64,000 nt of DNA from assembly GCF_036321535.1 (NCBI RefSeq), contig NC_087437.1, forward strand, positions 76,634,001 through 76,698,000, written 5' to 3'. Position 1 is the stretch's first letter. Each line of letters starts with the position of its first letter. Source of the stretch: Camelus dromedarius. Taxonomy: Eukaryota. This document shows positions 1 through 13,384 of this stretch, in pieces. The position numbers were made by a program, and so were the translations under genes. The notes under the pieces were generated by a model that saw only the letters and a list, made by a program, of their open reading frames with translations, searched no databases and was not told where the DNA came from.

Positions 1-645
1 GGAATGCCTGTCATTTTCAGTCTCCACAGTTGGAGATCTGAGTGGTGTATTTTTATGACTGTTGTGGGCTATCCCTTACATCGCACAGATCTGCTTCTCT
101 GTAGAAGTTCAGGGATCGGCTTCTTCATGATTCTTATGGGCTTATCTTCTTGAGGGGAAGTGTAGCAGACTAGTGAGAGAAGCTACAAGTGCTAATAGTT
201 GCAGTTGATATTGGGGCTAAAACTGTATTCAGCCTTTCCCACTTCTGCTTTCCATTCCAAATTCCCTCACCCTTTGTTGTTATTACCTGGTTGGATCTTA
301 GTAGCTTACCTGGTGGTATGACACAAATCTTCCTTTCAGAGTGCTCTGAAACTGGTAATTATTTTCAGGCTAGGGGTTCTGCTTATGTCCATTTATAGCT
401 ACGGTGGGCAAATGAGTACTAGTTGCTATGGAAGCGGGTCACCTGGGTTCCACATGTATTCTTCCCTCTCCCCACTGTGCAGAACCACCTCTACTCCCGT
501 TGATCATGGTTGATTACCCTGGACAATATGGTAATTGCTCTTCTTGCCTGCTGTTCCCTGGACACAATTCCAAAGTGCTTAGCAGCAACTCTAACCTGTA
601 GTTCAGTGGAACCCTTGCTCTGTCCACTGGTAAGAGTGTATTCCT
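1..645 (-). mobile_element. ERVL-class internal fragment (degenerate dUTPase domain and 3' end of pol region)
   Basis: Frameshifted minus-strand translation gives TLLPVDRARVPLNYRL..HFGIVSREQQARRAITILSRVINHD..EEYMWNPGDPL. This resembles the ERV-L dUTPase segment (recalled as LPPGDT.IPLNWKL..HFGLL..QQAKKGVTVLAGVIDPD..EEY.WNTGDPL). Confidence 0.75.
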
Positions 646-654
646 GTGCTATCC

Positions 655-1110
655 ACTGATGCTTCATATATTTTGAAATTGTGTTATTAGGTGTATATAT
701 CTTTAGGATATCTTTTTAAATAAGTGGACCTTTATCACTACCAAATGAGCTAATTTTCCCTGGTAACACTTTTGTTTTAAAGTCTATTTTGTATATTCAT
801 ATGCCTACTTCAATTGTCTCATGATTATTGTATCTTTTCTCTTCTTTTTAATCTATTTGTATCTTTAAATTTAAAGCATGTCTCTTGCAAGCAGCATTCA
901 GTTTTTCAGCATTCTTGACTTTTTAATCCAGTATAACAATATATAATTATTAGTTGGAATATTTTGTCTATTTACATTTAACATAGATATCAGTAAGATT
1001 TTGGTGTAAGTCTATCATTTTACAATTTATTTTGTTTGTGCTATCAGTTCTTTGTTACTTAGATTTAAATTTCCTGCCTTGTATTTTTTTAAGAATTTTA
1101 TTCCAGATAT
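655..1110 (-). mobile_element. old L1M fragment
   Basis: T-rich sequence typical of antisense L1 (tgcttcatatattttgaa...ttattaggtgtata...aaagtctattttg). Confidence 0.65.
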
Positions 1111-1896
1111 TGTATATAAAAAAGTGGAGATTGAAGGTATCATATTGTTTTGTTTTTTTTTTTCTGTAGTTCAGAGAGCTAAATCTTTTTCCTGTGTTGA
1201 GCTGAGGCTGGGCCACAGCTTTAATTAGACTGAGTTCACTCCTTTTAAGTCTCATAAATATTTGAGCCGGGAGTGAGTTAACTGCAGCTTCAGCGGCAGC
1301 TTCAAGTATGTTGGTTAATCTTTGGATTCTGTACCTGTAGGACTCAGCAATCCAGTCATCATGAGAATGCACGTATTTTGTTTCTAGTCCCTCCTCCACT
1401 GAAGCTCTCTGCAAAATTTTGGGGATAGAATTGGCGGAGAGAATTGTCAGGCTCAGCAATTTGTTCTTGTACTTGGGGCTCCTCTATACTCCAGTTCAGT
1501 CTACACTATCACTCAGTGCTCGTCTGACCTCTCCCATTCCCGTGTAATCTTCCATTGTTAGCATCTCTCTCCTTAGGTAGCTGTACCTAGACCAGATACC
1601 TGCCTCCAGGTATGGAGGATGTCAATTTATAAAGACTTCTTTGTCGCATTGAAAATATGATTTTTATTTTGTTCGAATTTTTCTGGTTGTTACCACCGGG
1701 ACCAAGGTCTTTTTCACCCTGTGCAGTTTATCCAGAAGCAGAAGTCTTTCTTTCTTGAAAGGTCAACTGTGTGTTATATCCTATCTGATGTTTGAGCCTA
1801 AGACTTTTTAGGTCATCTTTGTTCTCCATCTTGCTAAAATAGGCACGGAAACCATAGGTTTACCTTTACATTATGACAGTTGGAGAGATGATGTAT

Positions 1897-2075
1897 TAGT
1901 GGTTGAAAACATTGATGTGCATTAGAGTTATCTTTGAAGCATATAAAAATGTAGATACCTTAGTCTTATAATAGATGATTCAAATTCACTTAGTCTTAGG
2001 GTAAACCCAAAGGAATATATGTTTTCCAAAGACTCCTCAAAATGATTTTAATGCAAATAAAAGTTTGAAAAGAAA
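1897..2075. mobile_element. MER5-like hAT-Charlie MITE
   Basis: gtggttgaaaac...tgcattagagttatct...gattttaatgca...agtttgaaaa follows the MER5A/B layout. Confidence 0.55.
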
Positions 2076-2104
2076 ATGGTAGTTAGATGAATGGTATCCT
2101 GAAA

Positions 2105-2535
2105 ATCCATGCTATTTATCTACATTCTATTCCTAGTGCCCAGCATAGAGCTAGTGAGTGCTCAGTTTGTGTTTATTCAAAATGTGAATGCATTCATTAT
2201 GGCAGCTGGGTTTTCCACATAAATCAGATAAGCAATGATTTAGACATTTTAGACATTATTTCAGTAAGTGAAGCTATAGCCATATTAGAAGACTGAATCA
2301 ACTTACTGCTTTTGAGAAGGTTACTAATGTTCTCCATGTTACTTAGTATATTGGCCACTTTTCCTTATATGTCTTATTTGACCTCACTATAGAGTTTGAC
2401 ACTTATCTATTCTCTTCCTGAAATAAAATATTTCCTTGCTTTTGTTGACACCGTAATTTTCTGATTTCTCCCTACTTTTGGCCTCTTAATTAGAATTTGT
2501 ATTTCTGGTTTCCCTTTCAAAATCTGGGGCTCCTA
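2105..2535 (+). mobile_element. L2 fragments
   Basis: L2 3'-end motif (cctagtgcccagcatagag...gtgctcag...gaatg) and L2 body (tttgacac...ttcctgaaat...ctgatttctccctac). Confidence 0.45.
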
Positions 2536-3254
2536 ATCTGCTTAAGAAACTCACCATAGTTATGTCAGTATCTCAAGTGGGTACAACACAATTCACATAG
2601 ACAAAGAACTCACTGTTATTTTGTGTGTATGTGTGTGTGTGCATATGTATTCCCTATCAAGAATAAATATTTGTAAGTTTTTACTGTGCTAGATGCTGGG
2701 AATACAGAGAATCTTACGATACCACCTCTTCCCTTAAGTTTATAACTCAAATGAGTAATGATATTATTGTATTTCTGAAAGAATTTGGAGAACCTTGCTC
2801 TAAGAAATGAAACCACAGGTTCATTCCTCCCTGAAGACTTTACATGCTCTCCTCTTCTCCTTTTCTTTCCATCTTCTGGGAAATTTGTTTTAAGGACTTC
2901 GCTCCCTTCAAGTCTATGTACATAGGAATTTGCTTTAGAAGGAGAGGGAGAAGAGCAGTGAGGAGGAAGGTAAGAGGGAAGAAAGGAGGGTCTCTAGGCA
3001 TGTGGCTGTCTGCTTCTTTACTATAAATAAGCATGGATGGAATTAAGATACATTATAGTATCTTAATTTTCTAGAGTGTCCTTAAAAATTCTTCCAATTT
3101 TATTTTAGTAATATTCCATTTTACTGATGGAGAAACTGGATCAGGGTATATGCCTACTAGATGCTTCCATCCTTCCTCTCAAAGCACGTTTCATCTACAT
3201 TATCAGTTTGATCCTAGCAATAGTCCTCTGAGTTTGTTGCTCATAAAACAGGGA

Positions 3255-3420
3255 GGAGCAGTAGAATGAACCATGTTTGAAAGGGAAAAAAACCCCAACT
3301 CAGCTGAGTTTCAGTGTCTATTCATCCATTTGCTAGCTGTGTGACTTCCACTTAACCTCCATGAGCCTATTTATCTGTTAAATATGAATAATAATTCTTA
3401 CTGATAGAGTTTTGTGCCTG
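3255..3420 (+). mobile_element. MIR SINE
   Basis: Core ttgctagctgtgtgactt...cttaacctccatgagcct...atctgttaaatatgaataataat. Confidence 0.65.
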
Positions 3421-4129
3421 GCCTCTTACTTTCTAAATGTTGGTTCATTTTCTCCTTTCTCTGAATTTCCTTTTGTCCCTGGAGATTCTTTCAAAGACAG
3501 TTTTTTTTTTCTTTTCTTTTCATGGCAAAAGACAGTATTTGCACGTCTATAATCTGCATTTGGGAAGGTAAACATGGACTGCATCTGACTATGTACTAGT
3601 CTGGTAAAGCTGTATCCCTTACTTTCATATGGAACAAAGTCCCAGGGAACATTTTATCCTGTGGAAGATTAATTTTTTAATAGCATGCCAAAACACCCTA
3701 GATAGGATAATCTCTTGAAAATAGAAAAAAAAGAGGACTCAAAAGCTATTATATGGCATGTGTGTAGCTGCACAATTTCTAATCTGGTAAGAGTTCAGAT
3801 GTAACAATTAATGTCACGCCTCACTTCATTCAGATTAGTCTAAGGCTTATCTGCCTCAGGCAGTAATAATCAGGACTCAGTAAAAGATGTTGGAGCAGAT
3901 GGAGGTACTACGGTTTCCAATTAAACTCTTCTTTGTTAAACTTTGTACTTTTTTATGATTTATTGAACTGACTTCAGCTCTCCATCACCTACACAATGGC
4001 TCTTTGTGTTTAGCACAACCCTGTGACTTGGGTTAAAAACAGAGAAACCCATTTTACCTTAATGAGATAGTTGTAGAAAAGCTGGCATTTCCTTTTTTGT
4101 AGCTGGAACAAAAAGAGGAGAAAAAAGGC

Positions 4130-4325
4130 AACTGATGTTTATTGCACGTTGGGAATGCCCTGTAGGCATTTTTGAATAAATCTACTCTGGAGCAACTCTT
4201 TTTATGTATTGCTGCATTTAATCCTCATAACCATACTATGAGGAAGAGGTTCTTTCTTATTGGCTCACTGTTTTGCTGATGAGAAAACTGAAACTGAGGG
4301 GAGTTTGAGTCAGTGTGCAGATGTG
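4130..4325 (-). mobile_element. MIR SINE
   Basis: tttattgcac...catttaatcctcataacc...gatgagaaaactgaaactgag. Confidence 0.65.
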
Positions 4326-5614
4326 AAAAAGCAGAAAAACCTTCCTTGCTGCTTATAAAATCATATTGCCAAGGGAAAAAAAAAGATAGGAGAGATTTTA
4401 CAAATGAGAATGCTGAGAATGTTATGAATAAAAACATCTTGTTTTATTAAAAGAGAAACGTAGTACATATATTTGTGTATGTGAATCAAAGTAATTAATC
4501 TGAAAATTCTAGGAGTCTCTTTTGCATGCAGCACTATGAAAAGTGCCAAAGAACTCTAAGAAGAAGGTTGGAAAAATGCAGGTCCTACATCACCTCATAT
4601 GCCCTAGTCCCTGAAAAGGAATGTGGAATAGAGGGAGAGATGGGCCAGAGGTTTCAATGTCTCATTAAAAAGAGTGTGATCTAAAGGCGTTTAGGGTTCC
4701 TCAGGAAGTAGAATTTCTTTCTACACAACTGTGTTTGCTCCCAAGAAATTACTGTTCTTGGACCTTTAATGAGGTAGTCTAGCTGCTCATTAAGTAACAC
4801 TTGCTAACAAAATACTTATTTTGTCTCATGGCCACGAGACACTTAACTGTCTTAAAAACAGTTTATTTGATATGTCTCTCCATACAGAGATTTATCAGTT
4901 GGTGTTGCAACATGAATTCTCCACATACCATAATTTGAATTAAGCTAGAAATATCTTAGTCACTCATAGCTTATGTGTAATGTTGATATCTTGTCTTTTG
5001 TTTCCAGAATTTAAAAGTAGTTGGTTGTATTTTCAAGATACAGTGCAAGATGTAAATTCAGCAGTAAAGCACAGGATGTGAGATGAGAGTTTATAATAAA
5101 GTTTGGTATAGAAATTAATGAACAGTGGAATAAAAGCATATCAAAAGCAAACAGGGAAAGAGCAATAAAGGAAAAATAAAATCAGAGATTAGTCAGCATA
5201 TTTGGGCAAAATATGAAGCAATATTTAAAACATTGTGAGACTGTTGAGTTTATCTAATGGATAAGAATGTTGGAAAGGCTCAAATATCACAAAAATGATC
5301 AAAGCATCAGAAAAAATGAACTATAGAGAAAATTTTAATTAGAGATATAACTAGGGTAAATCCCTCATACCACCTGACTCATAATGCAGATCTGAATATA
5401 ACACAGTCACACAACTCCCCAAAGAAAACTTCACAGTAAAATTATAAAATACTTAGCCTATAAGGTTACAGTTCTGTCATCCACATTAGCACTTGAAATT
5501 GGGCTTGGAAAGAGAAAGACAAGAGCAGATTAAATAACTCTTAATAGTAATTCTTTATGTTGTGAATCAAAACATTGTGGAAGCAATGTAAGAAGGTGAA
5601 TGATTTGAGATAAT

Positions 5615-5825
5615 GGCAGTAAGCTGGTCTGAAACTTGGGAAGCTGGATTCTAATTCCAGCTCGTAGTAGCACACTGGGTATATCATAAAACCTGTGTGT
5701 GATTTCTCATCTATACCTGGGGATTACACTTGACTTATTCATTTAATAAGGCATTAGTGGGATAAATTAACATATTTTCAGAAAAGGGATTTGAAAATTT
5801 TAAATTACTAAATAAACCTTATGCA
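5615..5825 (+). mobile_element. MIR SINE (degenerate)
   Basis: ctggattctaattccagctc...tttctcatctatacctggggatt. Confidence 0.5.
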
Positions 5826-6674
5826 TACAAAATAGTCAAATGATAGAATGGACCCCAGAAGATGCCGTGAGTAGGAGGAAATTATTTCATTGTGGAATCT
5901 AGAAAGTTAAGGAGATTTAACTACAAGAAAGTTAGGACATCTTGTCACTCAGAGACCTGACATTTTGACTTTTTACATTTTAGAGAAGTATCATGTGTTA
6001 ATTCAGTGGCTTGAATTCTAATCTAGGGTGTGAGAATTAAGATCCCAAATGTTCTTCTCGTTATGCTGCCTGGGCTGTCTTACATACTAGTGTCTAGAAA
6101 CCCACTCCCTCTTATCTATTTGCAAGTGTCTATGGAGTGAGGACTAGGATGCAAACATAACCTATTGAAGAAGTGAAAATCTGCAGTTCTCTATTATTGC
6201 TGCTTAAAGAATCCAAGAATTTTGAAAGGATTTATCTCTGCAGTACAACTTTCATTTGGAAATAATTTACAGATTTATTTCTTTGGGTCATTAGGAAGTG
6301 TACAACTTACAGTATGAACTATGAAAAGTTTTAGGAATATGGGAATTTAATATTTTGAAAATATGTCAGTATAATGGGAAATACAGCAATGGTGAGTGTG
6401 TAATAGAATGTGTATTTTTAAAGTGTGTATATGTGTGTGTGTGTGATATCTACATTTAATTTCCTAGCCAATTAGGAAATATCTAGCTGAGGGAGAGATT
6501 AAGAATGCTAGGAGGGGAAATCAAAGAGAAAGTGAATTAATATTCAGCTTCTGACACTGCACAATTAGAAGTTTACAGAAGACAATGGACTTGAAAGCCT
6601 GGCTCTGGTAAAACAGGATTTTCTAGATTCTTTTATCTCTTCATGAAGCATAACATGAATGAGACCTATAAAAC

Positions 6675-7700
6675 TTGATCGCAGGGTTCCATTTTCAGGT
6701 GGTCCTTATCAAACAGGGACAGAGAGAGAGGGAGACTGCTACTTGCAGTCCTAGTAGTTGTGGGGAGAGGAAGACAGAAGGGCAGAGAAGGGTGAGTCAA
6801 TCAGAAATGAGGGCTTTTATTATCTGACCAAATCTGGAAAAAAAGAAAAAAAGTTGACTGATATATTCGCACAGGTATGAGGGGCCTGAGTCCCTTCAGG
6901 CTGGTCATGCTTCCCTGGGGAGACTGAATGGAACACTTCGAGTGTGGCCTTCAGATACTTCCAACATGGCATGTGGTGGTTATGCCCGTCGTCGTCATAA
7001 CATGGCTAGATAGATAGTCTGCAGGGCATTATAGGATCCCAGAATTTCCGGCAGACTCCAGTGAAGTTATGAAGAGTTGCTGAAATTGCTGGTTGGTAGG
7101 CCTGGGATCATGACAGCGTGGCCACCATAGGTGAGGACTTTGAGATGAGGTGCAAATGGTGGTACCAGTGGTTCTAGTAGTGGTGCCAGCATGTCCCGCC
7201 AGAAGCCTAGTACAGCCAGCTGCCCAGCAGTGGTCACCAGTCTGGGAGCAGACTACTCCATATATTCTGTGCAAGAGACCCTAGAGATCCAGATGATACC
7301 TCATGGATCTGAGGATGAATCTCCCCTCCACCCTTTCATGTGCCCCTCACCAGCTTCTACGAGGACAAAGTCAACCCCTTCACACACCCATGTAACCTTG
7401 AGAGGAGTAAGGGGTTAAATGTGGAAGACAGGACATTTACCTAAAGAGACTGAATTCTGTGAAAGAGGCAAATTTTCAAAAGCCCTAATAGGGAGTTTAA
7501 TTGTGAAAAGACTGTTACAGTAAGGGTTGTTGAAACCAGAAGAGGCAGAAATATTTTAACTGGGCAGTTGAAAGAAAGGCTTCCTACCCAGTATGGTTAG
7601 AGGTTGTAAAAAAGATAAATGTAGTTTTAAAGAATTTAAGAAGCTATTTTCTTTCTGCAGCTGAATCCTATTTTGAGTAAATGTTCAAACCCTCATAGAG
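6675..7700 (+). mobile_element. ancient LTR, possibly MamGypLTR/LTR88-like
   Basis: GC-richer ~1-kb block in AT-rich DNA. Its 3' end (aagctattttctttctgcagctgaatcc...gagtaaatgttcaaaccctcata) resembles mammalian Gypsy-like LTR ends. Confidence 0.4.
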
Positions 7701-7879
7701 TTTAGAAAAATAATAGAGTTCAAGAATTAAACTGTTGTTTCTCTCTTAGGGGAAAATGATAATTTAAACTGACACAAATAACTTGGCGATTAGAAGAAAA
7801 TACTTTATTTTGAATTAAGAAAATTTAATAGGACTTTACTATTGCCTCAGTGAAATTACCTCCAGACTAGCCAACTTTG

Positions 7880-8040
7880 ACATAGTAGAAACCAACTTGA
7901 AACTGGAAGTCCTGGTTTGAAAAGCTCATTAGCATTATTACTTGTATCACGACCAGTAAGTCGATTAATTTCTCTGAGCCTCAGTTTCTTTACCCATAAT
8001 ATGGTTAACACTCAACTCAGGGAGTTGTGATGAATCTCAT
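7880..8040 (+). mobile_element. MIR SINE
   Basis: aagtcgattaatttctctgagcctcagtttctttacccataat...cagggagttgtgatga. Confidence 0.7.
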
Positions 8041-10528
8041 CTAGGATCGTGAGCATGACTTGCGAGTGGAACCAGAACCTGCCAGCTGCCTGGTTTGGTG
8101 TATGTAGTTGTAGTGGGAAGTGGCCTCGCCCATTTCATTACCTGCCTTTTCCATGGCTGTTCCACACTGCAGGGGCAGAGTTGAGTCGCTGTAACAGAGG
8201 CTGTGCTCTGAGAGCAGGTGATGTTGTTTTTTTTAATCACGTTAACCCCATTTGCTCTGAGCCCAAACTCATATAGTTGCATTTTTGGCAAACATTTATT
8301 TTTTAAAAACTACCTTCATTCTGGAGAAAATTAGTGTTTCATTCCAAAGTATGTTTCTTATTGTAAACTAACCAGTTGGCAGTAGGTTTATAAAGCAGCC
8401 TATTCAGACTCTGGTTACATTTTCTTCCTTTGCCAAGGCCTGATTTCCCCAACTGAGTTGATACAATTAAACTTCCAAATCTACAATCTGAGGACCACCT
8501 GTTCCTCTGCTGGCCCCAGTGAGCCATTCCCCAACCACCACCATCACTGCGATTAAGGAGCCTGCTGCTTCACTCCACTTTTCCACACTTATCACAAGGT
8601 CGCCTTAAGTTTTTAGCTCCTTATGTTAACATGAAATCAGAAGATAAATTACTTTAGAAAAAGACGCAGTGTATCTGCTTTGATATTTTTCCTTTTTTCT
8701 TTTCTCCAATGTTCACTCTGACGCAGACTGTCACCTGCTGCAGGGCGAAATCTGAGAACAACATACGGCTATTCTGTGGAAGGGAACCTTGGGTGGATAT
8801 GCCAAGATGTTAGGATTATGAACGAATGATAATGCAAATGCTAGTTTATTATTAAATAAAGCCTGACTTCCAAAATAATCAGTAATAGGACATCCGGCAA
8901 TGGAAATGTAACACACTCGGGCTAATTATGTCATTCTTTAGATGAAAAGTTAGTTGTTAACAGCTCACCACCTGCCATGTGTTAAAAAATAAGAGGCTTC
9001 AGATTCCTTTCTGGAAATTAAACATTTCTGAAATGGAGATGTTGTAATTTTGCCAAATGCTGTTGAAACCCCCAAAGGTAATTATATCAGCCTGAGAAGA
9101 CTGTGATAGTGAAAATAAGGTTGGAAAAAAAAAGAGTTGTGGATTTTCAGCCACAGTCAGCAGACAGTTTTAATTTTGGAAGTGAACGTCACTGTGCTTG
9201 GGCATAGTTTAAATCTTTTCCTCCCTACCAACTGTTCTTCTCATTTGCCTGAAAACCTTCCAGTTACCTCTTGCCTTCTTTTCTGTATTTTCCTTTTTTC
9301 TTCCTCTTCAGACTTTCCTCTACTTCTCACTTCTCTCACGGCCACAAATGCTCCTAACATAACTTAGAATAGTATAGAAACCTGTGCTCTTTCAACAATG
9401 AAGGAAAAGCGAAGGGTTTTCTTAATGCATCACTATTGCATCTTCTTTATGCATTAAAAAAAATATTGAACAGTCGTCAGCAGTCCAATTTAAGGAATTT
9501 GTTCCACAGAACTACTCTTACCAGGGTGCAAAGTTCTATTATGAAAATGATCATTGCAGCTTGAGGATGGAAAGAAAAAAAGGAGCTGAGCCCAGCAGAG
9601 AGCTGAAACTATAGGAGCAGTGGGAACAGGAGAGACCAGGAGCTGGGAGCGGCGCTAGCAGAGCAAGCTGCAGGAACGTGATGGGAGAGAAGAACCAGCA
9701 GTGAGGGCTTCTCCTTCCTGGTCACCAGTGGGCTGTGTGCCAGGCAGGTGTCTCTGCAGCCTGAGTGGCAGTGGTGACAGACGCAGCTAAGCAGTGCCAG
9801 CTGCCTCACAGGAGCCTTCCCGCTGTGTGGAGCCTAAAATTCTTCCACATCTAAGATCAGCTTGTGCCTTATTTAATTGGAAGGATTGAGTCAAGGGATG
9901 GGAAACTTTGACATTTCTAAATGGCATAGCCACTGGGGAGAAAAATCAATCCTTAAACAACACAGGATGAAAATGGGTTCTTCTGTAGAATTTTTTTTGA
10001 ATACTGACCATTTTCTGATCATTTTATCTGTTAAAAAAAAAAAAGAAAGAGTCCTGTTTTCTCAGATCTTGTGAAATGTTAGACCAGTAGTAGGTGTTAA
10101 GGAACATACTGCTTCTAAGAGTCATCTTTTGTTTGTCCATACTCCAGCTAGTATAGCATAAAACATCTGGCAATTTAAAGTGTAATTTAAAGGAATATAA
10201 ATGATTGTAGTATAAACAAAACATAATAGTACATGGATAGACCAAGATACTTCTTTTTGAAGCATCACAATTTAGAAACTAGAAGTTTATCAGGCTACAG
10301 TAACTACTTTCACTATTGTCCAGCCCTTTCAGGAAGTCTGAGTTGTAATATAAAATTTTACTCATTTTCACTGTCAGTATTATCTCACAGATTCCCAGTA
10401 AGGACAAGATGAAAAGTTTGAAATAGCTTTTCAACCACTTAATAAACTCTAAAAGAGGTCTGCAATGGGTGACTCATTCTTCTAGGCAGTATACTAAGGA
10501 GACTTTGTGAAGAGGATTATTTCATGTG

Positions 10529-10918
10529 TGTTATGGGCTGAATTGTCTCTCCTTCCCCCCAACATTCATATGTTTGAAACCCTAACCACCAGTACCTCAG
10601 AATGTGACTGTATTTGGAGACAGGGCCTTTAATGAAGCAATTAATTTAAAATAATACCTAGGCCCTATAAGAGGAAATTTGGGCATACAGGAGAGACATC
10701 AGGGAGGCAGTTGCAGGGAAAAAAGGGCATGTGAAGACACAGCAAGAAGGCAGTCACCTGCAGGCCAGGGAGAGAGGCCTCAGGCGAGACCCAACCTGCC
10801 AGCACCTTGGTTTTGGACCCCCAGCCTCTATCTAGGACTGTGAGGAAATACATTTCTGTTGCTTAAGTGACCCACCCAGTCTGGTATTTTGTTATGGTAG
10901 CCTGAGCAAACGAATACA
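10529..10918 (+). mobile_element. MLT1B solo LTR (ERVL-MaLR)
   Basis: tgttatgggctgaattgt...cagtacctcagaatgtgactgtatttggagacagggcc...gttatggtagcctgagcaaacgaataca. TG..CA ends; 5-bp TSD atgtg/gtgtg (4/5). Confidence 0.9.
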
Positions 10919-11079
10919 GTGTGTCACACATATGGACTTTATACCACATAAACTGTACAAATTTTATTGTTTTAACTCAGTATCATAGCTGTAGAAAATT
11001 CCATTTTCTTTTGCTAGTGGTGAGGCATTAGAAATAAGCCCCAAGTATCCCAGAATCTGAGGGTACTTTTTATTGGCAT

Positions 11080-11706
11080 TGTGTTAATGAAAGACACCAG
11101 CAAGAAAGAAGAGAGCATTATGTTGCCAAAAGGTATTTATTGTAATAAACATTGTACGGCAGGCCATGTGACATGATGAACCCACAGTTGTTTGGCCTGC
11201 AGCAAGGGAAGAATAAGTTAGGAACAGGCAGTGCCAGGACAAGGGAAGTCTGCTTACCAGAGGGTTTGCCTGTGAGGATGGTGGCAGAAGTCCGGTTTGG
11301 ATCCAGGTTGATGTAGCAAATTTGTTCTCCATCTGGGCTTGAATTACCATGCGAGATTCAAGTCAGGTAGTTGGGGCCCCTCAGCCTGAGTTTCCCTGCA
11401 GTAGTGCTATGGAGACAGGTGGATGGGGATTGTGTGGTTTCTCGAGTGTGGGAGTCCATCTGGGTTGAAGCAGGATTCTAGCCAGCTGTTGGCAGGAGGG
11501 AAAGAGGGTTGACTCCTAGGGAAATCAGGATTGTTTTAGAGCCTTGTTATGGTTGTTGAAGCTGAGGAGCCAATCCAAACCTAGTCAGAAAACCAGGATA
11601 TAAATCAGGGCTTGAGACAGTTTTCCATTCTCACAGAAGGGACAGCAGAGGTTGGGGGTAATAGCTCTGTAGGCACAAAAGTTTCTTGGAACTCACACCT
11701 GTTATA
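11080..11706 (-). mobile_element. ancient LTR-like element, family unresolved
   Basis: GC-richer block starting with tg, with TTTATT (minus-strand poly(A) signal) about 55 bp inside, the typical layout of an antisense LTR. Confidence 0.35.
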
Positions 11707-12539
11707 GGGCTGAGAGTTATTTCAGACCCTAATTCAAAATTATACAGTCAAATTTATTCATGTGGTTCAGGCATGGGGAGGGCAGAAAGAGAAGCAACAC
11801 AGACAATCTGAAATGGTATTCATGGTGAAATCAGAAGAAATGTTTTGAATGGTGCTGACAATTCGAAAGATCCTGGAAGTGCAAGCAAAGAAGATAATTT
11901 TCTAGAGGGCAAGTAAAACAGTTCAGGGCTAATTACTTCAGTCTTTAATTTATTAATCTATTCTTCAAGAAGTCAGCAGTGTTCTATTGCCTTGAAGGAT
12001 AGACAGCTCAACATTACTTACTTTAATTTCATAAGAAAATGCAAATGAGTAAAACACAAGCTAATCATCTACTTTATGTAGGAAGCAAGTGTTTGAACCA
12101 TACTTCTTACTCTCTGTATCCCACATGAGGGACAGCTACAGCATGTATAATTGATGTTGTAATAATAATTGTAAGTAATCTATGAAATGTTAAATTTGAT
12201 TATATTGTGCTTAAGAAGGCGGAGAAAATCTTGCTATTTAATGAGTCGCTTTAAGAGACTATATTGATATTGTAAATATTTTTGAAAATTTAGTTCATAC
12301 AGATTTTAATCTTTAAGTCTATTTTATGTAATATCAGATCTCATTAATGTTTTGCAACAATGGAATTCTTTGTGGTAACTCAATTACAACAACATTTCCA
12401 TAGAGGTACAAAAATAAATGATTTAGTAGATGTAACAAGTTTTCATTCATAATATGCATGTGGGTATGAATATTTATACCCAGGTATATCCATTGTGTGA
12501 TTACAGTATACTGAGAGGCATGGATTTCTACACATGATG

Positions 12540-12810
12540 ATAATTATCATTAGTGTGTGCTTACTAGTCACCAGACATTGTATTAAATGATTTTACAAAT
12601 ACTAACTCTTTTAATACTCAGAAAAATCCTATATAGCAAATACTCTTATCCTGATTTTTGTAAAGGAGGAAACTGAGTGTCAGGGTCCTACAGCTAACAC
12701 GTGGTGAAACTACCTAGCACCCTAGACTTGGAAGGTGGTGAAACTGGAATTCAGACCAAAGTCTGTCTGGTGAGCACTGATGCTCTCAACCTCTCTGCTG
12801 CATTACTGCA
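12540..12810 (-). mobile_element. MIR SINE
   Basis: tttaatactcag...gaggaaactgag...ctggaattcagaccaaagtctgtctg. Confidence 0.7.
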
Positions 12811-13384
12811 CAAATTAACGTACTTGAGTATCCACAAATGAAGCCACAGTTGTACAGTCAGTTTATTCACAAGCCAGTTGGCTTTGCATAGAGGAAAGAA
12901 TACTGCTTCACTATCACTATCCTTGACACTGATTGAAATGTCTGTGCCTCTTGTTTCAGTATGGCTGGGCAAGACTGAGGAGCTGTTTTACATTTTATAA
13001 AACTTGCTGATGCATAACTCTTTAAATGACACCATTTTGATGGCCATGGTATCTAACATAAAGGAAAGTAATTTGTGAAATTTCGTTAACACTTTTTAAT
13101 TTTGTCTAATTCAACAGTAGACAGCATGATGGAAAGAAGAACTTCGTCTTGACCTCAGTTTGTCCCGTTTGCAAAATAAGAGGATGGATGGGCTAGGTAT
13201 TTTTCAAGCCCCTTTTATTCTTAAAACTTTTATTCTAAGATCTAATTCATTTCTAGTCAAAATATGTCTATTAGAAATAATACAAGACAGGTGAAATTAG
13301 CATTCACTGAGCTGTTTTATACACTTGGAGGAATGTAAATACACATACATACTCACTCACAGATTTATTCATTCGTTTAGTTAC

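Noticed and set aside
1055..1459. 134-aa ORF
   Set aside because: Non-ATG start, runs through a poly-A tract into L1-derived sequence, no recognisable homolog.
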